A stretch of 64,000 nucleotides of DNA from Terriglobia bacterium (GTDB lineage: Bacteria; Acidobacteriota; Terriglobia; UBA7540), in NCBI GenBank assembly GCA_041481635.1, contig JBGPCF010000001.1, positions 18,044-82,043 on the forward strand, given 5' to 3'. Under the pieces are notes generated by a model. The model was given only the letters and a program-made list of their open reading frames with translations, ran no database searches and was not told where the DNA came from. Shown here piece by piece: positions 31,040 to 40,167 of this stretch (the first letter of the stretch is position 1; every line of letters begins with the position of its first letter). The translations under genes were made by a program, and so were the position numbers.

Positions 31040-31270
31040 GAGAAAGAATTGGGGCTTAGGGATTGGGGATCAAGGGAAAAACTCCTGGTCCCCCTACCCG
31101 CCGCAAACCCACCCTCCTGGATTTATCGTCGAACGCCTACCCCTTTGGTGCATGCATTTAACGACTTTGTCGTTTTAATCGAACACTCTTAGAGTCATAA
31201 TGGTTTAATCGTCGCTCGCTTGGTCGTCTGCTGTGGAGCCAAGCGCGGCGTCGGCTGGGGAAGAGCCTTA

Positions 31271-31564
31271 ATGGTCGAACTCGGGTCCGGACTCGCATTG
31301 TTGTTCGTTGGCCTGGTGGTATACGTCATCATCGTCCATTTCATTTTCTTCCTGCGAAGGTATGGATGGCTTCCAGGAGGCCGTCCGGCTCACCACGGCT
31401 TGGGCAATGCCTATTTGGGACTTCAGTCCCTTGCTGAGCCGGAGAAAAGGTACATCCTGGAGGAAAGACTCAAGGAAGAAAAAGAAGAGGACTACGAGGG
31501 TGGTCCTGACGATCCAACCGCCCACCTCGGAAATCGCAAAACGCAACAGAGCGCCAGCCGTTAG
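31271..31564 (+). CDS. hypothetical single-pass membrane protein
   Basis: Inside ORF 31220..31564. ATG 31271 precedes one hydrophobic helix (LALLFVGLVVYVIIVHFIFF) and an acidic tail. No recognisable family. Confidence 0.3.
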   Translation: MVELGSGLALLFVGLVVYVIIVHFIFFLRRYGWLPGGRPAHHGLGNAYLGLQSLAEPEKRYILEERLKEEKEEDYEGGPDDPTAHLGNRKTQQSASR

Positions 31565-31755
31565 CGCGCAACGCAAACCCCACCGACCATTTCCGCGTCT
31601 CGTCGTGTTCCCAAAGGCCCCCCAGCGCGCCGCGCGAGATTCGCCTCCATGTCAATTGGACAACACCAGGTGACAGGTGGGCAGAGGACAATGGTGTTCG
31701 AAAAGATCGCCCCACAGGTGTGGGCGATGGAGAGCTGGAAGCTTACGGCGGCTCA

Positions 31756-31980
31756 TCAATGTTGAATGGTGATGCCTGATAGATCCGCCTCGTAGCCTTC
31801 GTCCTTCGCGAGTGTCTGGGCAGCAAGACGGAGAGCCTGTTCGTCTGCATTCTTGGGCAGGTCGCGATGACGGCGAATTACCTCTTCTCCTGATTGAATC
31901 CGAACCACCCAGTCGTTCTTGCTCTTATCGAAGGAAACTTCCACACGGTCCGCGCGCATAAACCCCTCCGTGCATAGCAC
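31756..31980 (-). CDS. hypothetical small protein
   Basis: ORF only (74 aa; possibly starts at the internal MRADRVEV...). No recognisable motif. Confidence 0.3.
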   Translation of the reverse strand: MLCTEGFMRADRVEVSFDKSKNDWVVRIQSGEEVIRRHRDLPKNADEQALRLAAQTLAKDEGYEADLSGITIQH

Positions 31981-32244
31981 TATTTCTAATCCTGGGTAAA
32001 GTCTAGTAGGTTAAATGTAAAAAAGAAAGGGGGCCGTCTCAAATCACCCCTGACCCGGCCGAGGGTATGATAACTATAGTGTTATACCACTGCACTATAC
32101 AGGCTCGGGGAGGGCGCATGTCATTCGACAAGATTCATCCTCTCGCGTCCCACGAAAAGCTCCTTGGAGCGCACGGCCTTCATCATTCATAATGCCATCC
32201 GCAATTATCGAGCACAGCTTGCAAAATGAAAATGGAGGGGGCGC

Positions 32245-32961
32245 ATGAAACTCTTTATAGCGGAGGTTGTGGGGACCATGCTTTTGGTCCTGCTTGGTGA
32301 CGGAGTGGTGGCGGGCGTGGTGTTGAACAAATCGAAAGCGGAAAAGTCCGGATGGATTGTGATCACCACGGGGTGGGCGCTCGCCGTGGCCATGGCGGTG
32401 TACACCGTCGGGCGGATTAGCGGCGCGCACCTGAACCCTGCCGTGACTTTGGGCCTCGCCGTCACCGGACGGCTGCCGTGGGCCGACGTCCCCCAATACA
32501 TCGGCGGCCAAATGTTGGGGGCTTTCCTGGGCGCCACCCTCGTTTGGCTGGCTTATCTGGCGCACTGGCGCGAAACTCCCGACCACGAACTGAAGCTTGG
32601 CGTTTTTTCCACCATTCCCGCGATTCGAAACGCGCCGGCGAACCTCATGACCGAAGTGATTGGAACTTTTGTGCTGGTTTTCGGGGTCCTGGCGATTGGC
32701 GCCAACAACGCGCCCACGCAGACCGGCCTCACGCCGCTTCTGGTCGGCTTTTTGGTTTGGGGGATTGGACTCTCGCTGGGCGGGCCAACCGGTTACGCCA
32801 TCAATCCGGCGCGCGATTTGGCGCCCCGCATCGCGCACGCGCTTTTGCCCATTCCCAACAAAGGAGGATCGGATTGGGGGTATTCGTGGGTGCCGGTCAT
32901 CGGCCCGGTGGTCGGCGGCATTCTCGGTGCCTTGACGTACGGCTGGTTGCTTGCTGCTTAA
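32245..32961 (+). CDS. glpF: MIP-family channel, aquaglyceroporin (GlpF-like)
   Basis: Two NPA boxes (SGAHLNPAVT, GYAINPARDLAPR). Six hydrophobic segments. SD GGAGGGGG. Confidence 0.8.
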   Translation: MKLFIAEVVGTMLLVLLGDGVVAGVVLNKSKAEKSGWIVITTGWALAVAMAVYTVGRISGAHLNPAVTLGLAVTGRLPWADVPQYIGGQMLGAFLGATLVWLAYLAHWRETPDHELKLGVFSTIPAIRNAPANLMTEVIGTFVLVFGVLAIGANNAPTQTGLTPLLVGFLVWGIGLSLGGPTGYAINPARDLAPRIAHALLPIPNKGGSDWGYSWVPVIGPVVGGILGALTYGWLLAA

Positions 32962-33023
32962 ACGGGGGGCGATTTCTTCGCGCAGAGAACTCCTTCACGG
33001 CCGATGCGCATCACTTGAAATGC

Positions 33024-34034
33024 ATGATCTCTAGAAGCAAATTCGACTTGAAGATTGGCGATCGTAAAATTCGCCTTGGCGAGCGCACGCTCGTCATGGG
33101 TGTGCTGAACGTAACGCCTGATTCTTTCTCAGACGGCGGACGCTATTTCTCCACCGAGCGCGCGATTGCACATGGTCTCGAAATGGCCCGGCTGGGAGCC
33201 GATTGGATCGACGTGGGCGGAGAGTCTACTCGGCCAGATTCAAAGCCAGTCTCTGCAAATGAAGAACTGCGCCGCGTCCTCCCCGTGATTCGGGGTCTAA
33301 ATCGCAAGTTGCCTTCCCTGCCGATTTCCATCGACACCACAAAGTCCGTGGTCGCGGAAGAGGCCGTCCGCGCTGGCGCGACCATCCTGAACGATGTGAG
33401 TGGTTTGCGTTTTGACCCAAAACTAGCCGAGGTGGCGCGGCGACACCGCACAGCCCTCGTCCTCATGCACATGCGCGGGCGGCCTGAAACCATGCAGCAA
33501 ATACCCTTTGCCAAGTCGGTGTGGCGTTCGGTTCGCGATGGCTTGGCGTGGTCCATCCAAGCAGCTCTCCGGGCGGGCGTTCAACGCTCGCAGTTGATTG
33601 TCGACCCAGGTCTGGGATTTGGCAAGACACGCCGTCAGAATTTCGAAATCCTCGCACACCTCGAACGCCTGACGGAATTTCGCCTGCCCATTCTGGTCGG
33701 AACCTCACGAAAGTCATTCGTCCAAGCCGTTGTTGCAGGGGAAGGCTTGGCGCCTTCGAAGTCGAAAAGACGGGCCTCCGGCGCCGGCCAATTGACCTTG
33801 AAGGCGGGCCAGGTACTCCCGTCAAATTATTGGGCCCTCATGACAAAGGCTGCAGGGTCTGGCCCGGCGAGGGAGGGCGAGGCAAATCAATACTTGAATC
33901 CCGGCGATGCTGCCGCTGTCGCGGCCAGCGTTCTGGGCGGCGCGCACATCGTCCGCGTCCATGATGTGTCGACGATCATTCCTGCTGTACGAATTGCAGA
34001 CGCCATTCTGAGCGCAAGTGCGGGAAGGGAGTAA
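33024..34034 (+). CDS. folP: dihydropteroate synthase
   Basis: Starts at ATG 33024 inside ORF 32478..34034. Motifs GVLNVTPDSFSDGG, DVGGESTRP, GTSRKSF, HIVRVHDV. The upstream part of the ORF overlaps glpF and is Arg/Gly-rich junk. Confidence 0.85.
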   Translation: MISRSKFDLKIGDRKIRLGERTLVMGVLNVTPDSFSDGGRYFSTERAIAHGLEMARLGADWIDVGGESTRPDSKPVSANEELRRVLPVIRGLNRKLPSLPISIDTTKSVVAEEAVRAGATILNDVSGLRFDPKLAEVARRHRTALVLMHMRGRPETMQQIPFAKSVWRSVRDGLAWSIQAALRAGVQRSQLIVDPGLGFGKTRRQNFEILAHLERLTEFRLPILVGTSRKSFVQAVVAGEGLAPSKSKRRASGAGQLTLKAGQVLPSNYWALMTKAAGSGPAREGEANQYLNPGDAAAVAASVLGGAHIVRVHDVSTIIPAVRIADAILSASAGRE

Positions 34035-34047
34035 GACAAATCCGAGG

Positions 34048-34842
34048 TCAAAGTAATTTGTAGCCGAGGAATAAGAGGGTTGTCGCCAGTACGGGTCGTA
34101 ACACTTTTTCAGGAAAGTGAGCGCTCATTTTGCTGCCCAGCCAAACGCCGGGAATGGAACCAATCAAAAGCCCTCCCAGCAGCGGAGCATTGATGCTCCC
34201 GATCCCCAAGTGACCCAGAGCTGAAACTCCCACTAGAAAAAGAGCGTGTACTATATCTGACCCAACGATTCGCCTCAATGGGGTGTTGGGATAAATGACC
34301 ACAAGGCACGCGATGATAAGACTTCCGCTTCCCACCGAAGTCAGGCTCACCAGAAAGCCGACAACGGCGCCGAGGACGGACGTGACCCACCAGGGACCCT
34401 TAAAAGCAGCAAGGTCGTTCCCCGGTTTGGTGCGGGAGCCGCGAAAGGTGCGGAACAACAAAGTCAGGGCCACGCACATCAGGGCGATTCCCAACATGCG
34501 GACCACGACCTTATCCATGGCATCCCCGCCCTGAGTTCGCAGATAAGCCAACAGCGCCAATCCCAGCAGGGCGCCGGGAATACTGCCGAGAGCCAGGCGT
34601 TTGACGATCTTGAAGTCGACTGTTTGCTGGCGATAGTGGACGAAGGCCCCGAAAGCTTTGGTCAGCGATCCCCAAACGAGGTCCGTGCCCACGGCAATGA
34701 CAGGCCTGGCCCACCCCAACAGGATCAACATGGGAGTCATGACGGCCCCGCCGCCCATCCCAGTGAGGCCCACCAGAACTCCGACCACAAAACCCAGGAG
34801 TGAAACTTTAAAATCCATTCCGACTCTCCACTGCGCCAGCAC
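34048..34842 (-). CDS. TauE/SafE family sulfite/anion exporter-like membrane protein
   Basis: Polytopic membrane protein with Gly-rich helices (GVLVGLTGMGGGAVMTP) typical of TauE/SafE. The true start is possibly MDFKV (34818). Confidence 0.75.
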   Translation of the reverse strand: MLAQWRVGMDFKVSLLGFVVGVLVGLTGMGGGAVMTPMLILLGWARPVIAVGTDLVWGSLTKAFGAFVHYRQQTVDFKIVKRLALGSIPGALLGLALLAYLRTQGGDAMDKVVVRMLGIALMCVALTLLFRTFRGSRTKPGNDLAAFKGPWWVTSVLGAVVGFLVSLTSVGSGSLIIACLVVIYPNTPLRRIVGSDIVHALFLVGVSALGHLGIGSINAPLLGGLLIGSIPGVWLGSKMSAHFPEKVLRPVLATTLLFLGYKLL

Positions 34843-35047
34843 CTTTGTTACCGCTCATTCGAATCTTTTCAATCTTCTGGATTTCCACCAGGCGCCCATC
34901 GTGCACTGTCAGGTTCACCGAGCCGTATCGAAGATTTCTGAGAGCGTGAATCACGTTGCGCAGGAGGGCAAGTTCATCCACCGAAAATTCGGCTTCTCTG
35001 GTTTCCATTTGAAGCCCGTTCTCGCCTTTTGGATCCGAGAAACTCAT
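34808..35047 (-). CDS. YezD/DUF2292 family small protein
   Basis: ELALLRNVIHALRNLRYGSVNLTVHDGRLVEIQKIEKIRM closely matches the YezD core as I recall it. ATG at 35045-35047. Confidence 0.6.
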   Translation of the reverse strand: MSFSDPKGENGLQMETREAEFSVDELALLRNVIHALRNLRYGSVNLTVHDGRLVEIQKIEKIRMSGNKGAGAVESRNGF

Positions 35048-35064
35048 AATCCATCCCCCACCAC

Positions 35065-35490
35065 TCACTTGCGCCCTTTACCCGGACTGTGAGCAAGGTC
35101 CGCCAGGGAGGTATGGTCGAGAATTCCCGCGGCGGCATTTCGGACATCCAGCAACACCTGGTAGAGAGCGCTGTGCCTCTTGTCGCGCTTGACCAGATCC
35201 CTCAAGGATTTGGCGTCGCCCATAGGCGCCAGAGGGCCATCGATGGTGCGGATGATTTCACCCAGAAATAATTTGGACGGTGCGCGCCTCAGCAGATAGC
35301 CACCGCACGCTCCGCGAACGCTGTCCACCAACCGCGCAGTCTTGAGGTCCAACAAGATCGCTTCCAGGAACTTTTCTGGAATCCGGTCAGACACCGCAAT
35401 CTCATGAATCTTGGTGGGCCGCCCATGGTAATTCTTCGCAAGAGCGACCATGGCCTCCAACGCGTACAGCCCCTTTTTTGAAATCCTCAC
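35065..35490 (-). CDS. Rrf2 family transcriptional regulator
   Basis: MRISKKGLYALEAMVALA... winged-helix N-terminus typical of Rrf2/IscR/CymR. 141 aa. Confidence 0.85.
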   Translation of the reverse strand: MRISKKGLYALEAMVALAKNYHGRPTKIHEIAVSDRIPEKFLEAILLDLKTARLVDSVRGACGGYLLRRAPSKLFLGEIIRTIDGPLAPMGDAKSLRDLVKRDKRHSALYQVLLDVRNAAAGILDHTSLADLAHSPGKGRK

Positions 35491-35672
35491 GATATCCTCA
35501 TTAACTCTATAAGATTAATAGACTATAAGCTGAAGGTCTGGCAGTCAAGGGTAAAAATAAGAGGGACCAAGAAACCCTATCGGAAAGGTAGACTAACCGC
35601 CCACCACAAGGCTCCATGTCTTTTTTCGCTACACAAAAAATGAACCTGAAAGTATCCTGTAAGACAGGCCTT

Positions 35673-37040
35673 ATGTCTGACAAACCAAAACTCTTTGGGA
35701 CCGATGGCGTGCGGGGCGTGGCAGGAGAACACCCGCTGGACCGGGACACTGTTTTCAAAGTAGGCCGGGCGTATGGGCAGGTTCTCGCAGGGCATTTTCC
35801 AGGGCAGCCGCTTCGGGTGGTTCTTGGAGAAGACACACGCGAGTCCAGCGCCTGGATTTCCGCCATGCTGGCCGCAGGACTTCAATCGAGCGGCGTGGGG
35901 GTGTCCTATGCAGGGGTCATTACTACTCCCGGAATCGCCTTCCTTTCACGGCATCACGGCTTCGCCGGTGGCGTCATGGTTTCCGCCTCGCACAATCCCT
36001 ACCAGGACAACGGAATCAAGCTACTTTCGAATGCCGGAACTAAACTTGGGGAATCAGTGGAGCTTGAGATCGAGAGTCTCCTTGATGCCCTCCCTGCCCA
36101 GGCGTCAGCAGCTTCATCAGGTGCCACTCTGGAACCTGAGGTGGAGCTGCTTGAGGACTACGTAGGGTTCCTCGCGAGCCTCGCTTCCTCTTCCCACAAG
36201 CTCTCGAGCATTCGTGTCGTGGCTGATTTCGCCAACGGCTCCGCGACGCGTGTCGTCCCTCCGCTTCTGCAGCGGCTGGGAATTGAATCGCGGGCGCTCA
36301 ATTCAACCCCGACCGGTCGCAATATCAACTTGGGTTGCGGGTCACTCCACCCGGAGACAATGGCGGACGAGACCAAGGGAATCGGCGCCGACCTAGGTGT
36401 GGCATTCGACGGTGACGCGGACCGGGCCATTTTTGCCCTTCCCGATGGGCGAATTGCTGATGGGGACCATGTCCTTTATGCCGCCGCAACATCACTCCAC
36501 GAGCACGGGATGCTCAAGGGCAACTCGGTAGTCGGCACGCTGATGACCAACCTGGGACTCGAGCTTGCCTTGGGCCGGCACGGCATCGGCTTGAGGAGAA
36601 CGCCCGTGGGGGACAAATACGTTCTCGAAGAAATGCTGCGATCAGGGATCAACCTGGGCGGCGAACCTTCCGGGCACATTATCTTCTCAGACATCTCTCT
36701 GGCTGGCGACGGAATCATCACCCTTCTACAAATTTTGCACTTGCTCGACGAGACGGGAAAGTCTTTGAGCGAGCTGGTCAGGCCTCTCAGACAATTTCCA
36801 CAAATCATACGCAATGTGCGAGTGCACGAAAGAATACCCCTGGATTCCATAGTGCAGGTCAACCACGCGGTTTCTGAGTTCCGGCGCGAGGTTGGCGACC
36901 GCGGCCGTGTGGTGGTTCGATATTCGGGCACAGAGCCCCTTGCCCGCGTCATGGTGGAAGCGGAGGAAGCCGAATTGGTCGAGCGCCACGCGGGACTGAT
37001 TGCCGGGGCGATTGAATTGGTTCTCGGCTCCCCGAAGTGA
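35673..37040 (+). CDS. glmM: phosphoglucosamine mutase
   Basis: KLFGTDGVRG, phosphoserine loop SASHNPYQDNGIK, DGDADR. ATG 35673 lies inside ORF 35616..37040. Confidence 0.92.
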   Translation: MSDKPKLFGTDGVRGVAGEHPLDRDTVFKVGRAYGQVLAGHFPGQPLRVVLGEDTRESSAWISAMLAAGLQSSGVGVSYAGVITTPGIAFLSRHHGFAGGVMVSASHNPYQDNGIKLLSNAGTKLGESVELEIESLLDALPAQASAASSGATLEPEVELLEDYVGFLASLASSSHKLSSIRVVADFANGSATRVVPPLLQRLGIESRALNSTPTGRNINLGCGSLHPETMADETKGIGADLGVAFDGDADRAIFALPDGRIADGDHVLYAAATSLHEHGMLKGNSVVGTLMTNLGLELALGRHGIGLRRTPVGDKYVLEEMLRSGINLGGEPSGHIIFSDISLAGDGIITLLQILHLLDETGKSLSELVRPLRQFPQIIRNVRVHERIPLDSIVQVNHAVSEFRREVGDRGRVVVRYSGTEPLARVMVEAEEAELVERHAGLIAGAIELVLGSPK

Positions 37041-37169
37041 CGTGGAGCACACTGGAACCGAGACCGGTGCAATCGTCTGAGAGGCACCGCCTGCAGCGTG
37101 TTGCTCCGAGCAACCCATCGTTTCAACAGGCCATCCTAACTGTAGGTCCCTTGGAAATTATGTAGGGGG

Positions 37170-37928
37170 GTGGAGATGAAGCGCCAGCAGATTATCCTAT
37201 TATCTTCTTGTCTCTCTTTGGCATTCTACCTTCAGACCGCAATAGCCCAGGAAAATCAGCCTGGGACGGGAACGAATGACAGCTCCCCCAGCAAGAGAAT
37301 TGTTGTGCCCCGAGATACGACCATTCCGCTGGCACTCAAGAACTCAGTCAGCACGCGAACCGCCTCCGTCGGCCAGTCGATATATTGCGAAACAATTTAT
37401 CCAATTACGGTTGGTAATCGCATCGTGATTCCCGCGGGCAGTTACGTGAAGGGCTCTGTCACGCAAGTAGTCCGGCCCGGACACGTAAAAGGAAGAGCCC
37501 AGCTTGGTTTGAGATTTGACTCGATTACTCTCGCCAACGGAACCACTCGTCCTCTGCGCGCCACCCTTTCCGGATTTGCAGGCAACGGGAATGAGGGTTT
37601 TCACAAGCAGGAGTCAAAAATTGAGGGCGAATCCTCAAAGGGATCTGACGCGGGCAAAGTGGCTCAAACCACAGTTACAGGCGCAGAAATTGGCACGATC
37701 GCAGGAGCAGCAGGTCACAGTGTCGGAAAAGGACTGGGGATTGGAAGCGCCGCCGGAGCAGCTGGAGGACTAATCTGGGCCCTTGCATCACGGGGGAAAG
37801 ATCTCGTGTTGCCTTCGGGAACCAACCTGGAACTACAACTATCAGCCCCACTGACCTTTGATGAAAGCGAAATCGATTCACCTTCGCAATATCAAAATGG
37901 CCCCGAACTTCCGCGCAGGATCCCGTAA
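37170..37928 (+). CDS. secreted glycine-zipper protein (hypothetical), same architecture as 4883..5653
   Basis: Signal peptide (LSLAFYLQTAIAQE), beta-rich core (VIPAGSYVKGSVTQV...GRAQLGLRFDSI), Gly-rich segment (GTIAGAAGHSVGKGLGIGSAAGAAGG). Confidence 0.5.
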   Translation: MEMKRQQIILLSSCLSLAFYLQTAIAQENQPGTGTNDSSPSKRIVVPRDTTIPLALKNSVSTRTASVGQSIYCETIYPITVGNRIVIPAGSYVKGSVTQVVRPGHVKGRAQLGLRFDSITLANGTTRPLRATLSGFAGNGNEGFHKQESKIEGESSKGSDAGKVAQTTVTGAEIGTIAGAAGHSVGKGLGIGSAAGAAGGLIWALASRGKDLVLPSGTNLELQLSAPLTFDESEIDSPSQYQNGPELPRRIP

Positions 37929-38010
37929 CCCGACCCTTGATTTGAACGGCCTTCCAATCAACAGGCCCCATCGCCACGCTTCCAGGCGCCGCATCCGCAG
38001 TCGTTCGGCA

Positions 38011-38289
38011 TCACGCTTGGAGGAAGACGACGGATTGAAGGCCGGAAATCTCAAATCTTTTCCGGCAACGCAAATTCTTACACTGAACGAAATCGTCGCG
38101 TCGCAACATATATGACTGAGCCTTGGCGAATCGCGCCCGGTCCCGCTCATCGGCACGACCGGGGAGTGATTTCTTCTTCGTGCGTACCAGCCAGCGAATA
38201 TCGTAAGTGTCCGCTTGATGGCAAAAGAGGCATGAAAGATTGGCCGGCTTTGAGCTTTCATTTTCGTCGAAGAAATCTCTCTCTTCCAT
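38011..38289 (-). CDS. hypothetical Cys-containing (zinc-ribbon-like) small protein
   Basis: ORF of 92 aa with CLFC ... CKNLRC (CxxC ... Cx4C) spacing. No family recognised. Confidence 0.3.
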   Translation of the reverse strand: MEERDFFDENESSKPANLSCLFCHQADTYDIRWLVRTKKKSLPGRADERDRARFAKAQSYMLRRDDFVQCKNLRCRKRFEISGLQSVVFLQA

Positions 38290-38728
38290 AGGGGACTATT
38301 CTATCCCGGAATGTCCAATTTCGCCATGGCCCATTTCCCAGGTGTTCGGACGCTTGCGGCACGGTTTTTCGTGAAGCGAATATCCCGAGAATGAACCGCC
38401 AACTCAGGGGTATAATACTTGTTTGGAGCACAAGTTAGAAAGTGGGAGGGATTGCCCCATGGCGCGCAGTTTCACCGAACAGGAGCTCGCGGAATTCCTG
38501 ATAGACCGATTGACTGTCCACGGCCCGACGGGGCCGGACACGGCGTGGCTGCGGCCCGCGTGTCAGATCGTCGCCTCAGACTTACTCGACCAAGCCGAAA
38601 TCCTGCATAAGACCGAACCCGTCTCTGATGGCGGCGCCTGATTGGGGGACATGCCGCTCTTGATTCAAGGGTTTGCGCGGCTGGCCAGCGTGTATTTCCT
38701 GACCATCAAGAACTTGGACTGGCATCGC

Positions 38729-40081
38729 TCATCGGGCATCGTTCCTCACGATTTCCCCACCCTTCATCACAAACTTTACGCGTTCAAGCTCGGTGATATC
38801 GGTGAGCGGGTCGCCCGACACGGCGATGAGGTCGGCGTATTTTCCTTTCTCGATTGAGCCCACACGGTCCTGCCAGTTCATCAACTCCGCGGCCGCGTCG
38901 GTGGCCGCGCGCAGAGCTTGCGCGTTGGTCATTCCAAACCGGGTCATGTATTCAAATTCCTTCGCCTGGGTGCCGTGGGGAAACGGCCCCACATCGGTGC
39001 CAAACACTATTTTCACCCCGGCGGCCAGCGCCTTGCGGAAGCTGGTCTCATGAATTCGTGCCCGGCTGGTCTTACCGCCGGTGGCCTCGAGATCCTCCTC
39101 AGGTTCGAATTCGTAAACGTAGAGTGTCGGCACTAGAGTAATGCCTTTCTTCACCATTTTCGCGATCGATTCGTCATCCAGGTCCAGCCCGTGCTCGATG
39201 GTATCCACCCCCGCATCGATGCAATTGTGCAGGCCTTCGCCTCCGTAAGCGTGGCACGCCACCTTGACCCGCTCACGGTGCGCCTCATCAACGATAGCGC
39301 TCACCTCCTCCAGCGTAAAAGTGGGAATGGCGTCGAGTTTGCCGTCGGGGGTGAAACTAAAACGGTGGGTTCCGTATATCTTAATGAGGTCGGCGCCGTA
39401 CTTGATCTGCTCGCGCACGGCCTGCCGTGTGGCTTCCGGCGTATCGACGATTTGCGCCCCAAATGGCACGGTTACCTCCGGCGAATAACCTTCGAGCGGG
39501 TAGCCGCCAGTGGTGGAGAGGGCGCGCGTCACCACCTGCAACCGTGGGCCGGGAATCAGTCCTCGGTTGATGGCTTTCTTCACGTCAACATCGCTGTACA
39601 TCGCGCCTTCGGTCTCCACGTCTCGCATCGTGGTGAACCCTGCCTCGAGATCTTTCCTGGCATTCACCACCGCCTCGATGGTCCGGTACTGCCAACTCTC
39701 CTTTAAGAGTTGCTCTTCGTAACGCCCATGCGATTCCCCAGTGAGAAACAAGTGCGTGTGGGCGTCGATCAGACCTGGCAGGACAGTTTCCTTTGTCAGG
39801 TCAATAACCTGCGCCCCGGAGGGAATTTTGACTTGCCCGGCCGGACCCACTTCCTCAATTTTCTCTCCACGGATGAGTACCACTTGATTGACAGAAACCT
39901 GGCCGGTTTTTGAGTCCACCAGCCGCCCCGCCTTAACTGCAACAATCCTGCTGGAGCCTCCTTGAGACGGAGTGGGCCGGTCGGCCCCGAATTGCCCGGG
40001 AGCTGCCCCTGCAAATGCCGCAGCGCCAAGAAGACAAATCAATGCCAGGGTCGTAAGCTTGAATCTGGCTTTGTTTCGCAT
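38729..40081 (-). CDS. secreted amidohydrolase-family metallohydrolase
   Basis: Signal peptide. GLIDAHTHL metal-binding motif. Later H and D motifs (ACHAYG, GTD) typical of the amidohydrolase superfamily. Confidence 0.8.
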   Translation of the reverse strand: MRNKARFKLTTLALICLLGAAAFAGAAPGQFGADRPTPSQGGSSRIVAVKAGRLVDSKTGQVSVNQVVLIRGEKIEEVGPAGQVKIPSGAQVIDLTKETVLPGLIDAHTHLFLTGESHGRYEEQLLKESWQYRTIEAVVNARKDLEAGFTTMRDVETEGAMYSDVDVKKAINRGLIPGPRLQVVTRALSTTGGYPLEGYSPEVTVPFGAQIVDTPEATRQAVREQIKYGADLIKIYGTHRFSFTPDGKLDAIPTFTLEEVSAIVDEAHRERVKVACHAYGGEGLHNCIDAGVDTIEHGLDLDDESIAKMVKKGITLVPTLYVYEFEPEEDLEATGGKTSRARIHETSFRKALAAGVKIVFGTDVGPFPHGTQAKEFEYMTRFGMTNAQALRAATDAAAELMNWQDRVGSIEKGKYADLIAVSGDPLTDITELERVKFVMKGGEIVRNDAR

Positions 40082-40167
40082 ATCGAAACCTCCAGGAAAT
40101 TGGTTGAAGTGGATACTCAGGCATTTAAGCTCAGGCTGTTCAATCTACCTCTGCCCATTCCCTGCCA

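Noticed and set aside
32095-32838. 247-aa minus-strand ORF
   Set aside because: Antisense to the MIP-channel gene. Arg/Gly-rich shadow ORF.
32478-33023. N-terminal 182-aa extension of the folP ORF (track ORF 32478..34034)
   Set aside because: Overlaps the glpF coding region in another frame. The translation is Arg/Gly/His-rich nonsense. The FolP homology begins at ATG 33024.
38423-38857. Another pair of same-frame ORFs (38423..38641 and 38642..38857) separated only by TGA, which might suggest a fourth recoding event
   Set aside because: The downstream half is antisense to the well-supported amidohydrolase gene (38729..40081). It has no redox motif and no homology signal, so the frame continuity is most likely coincidental.
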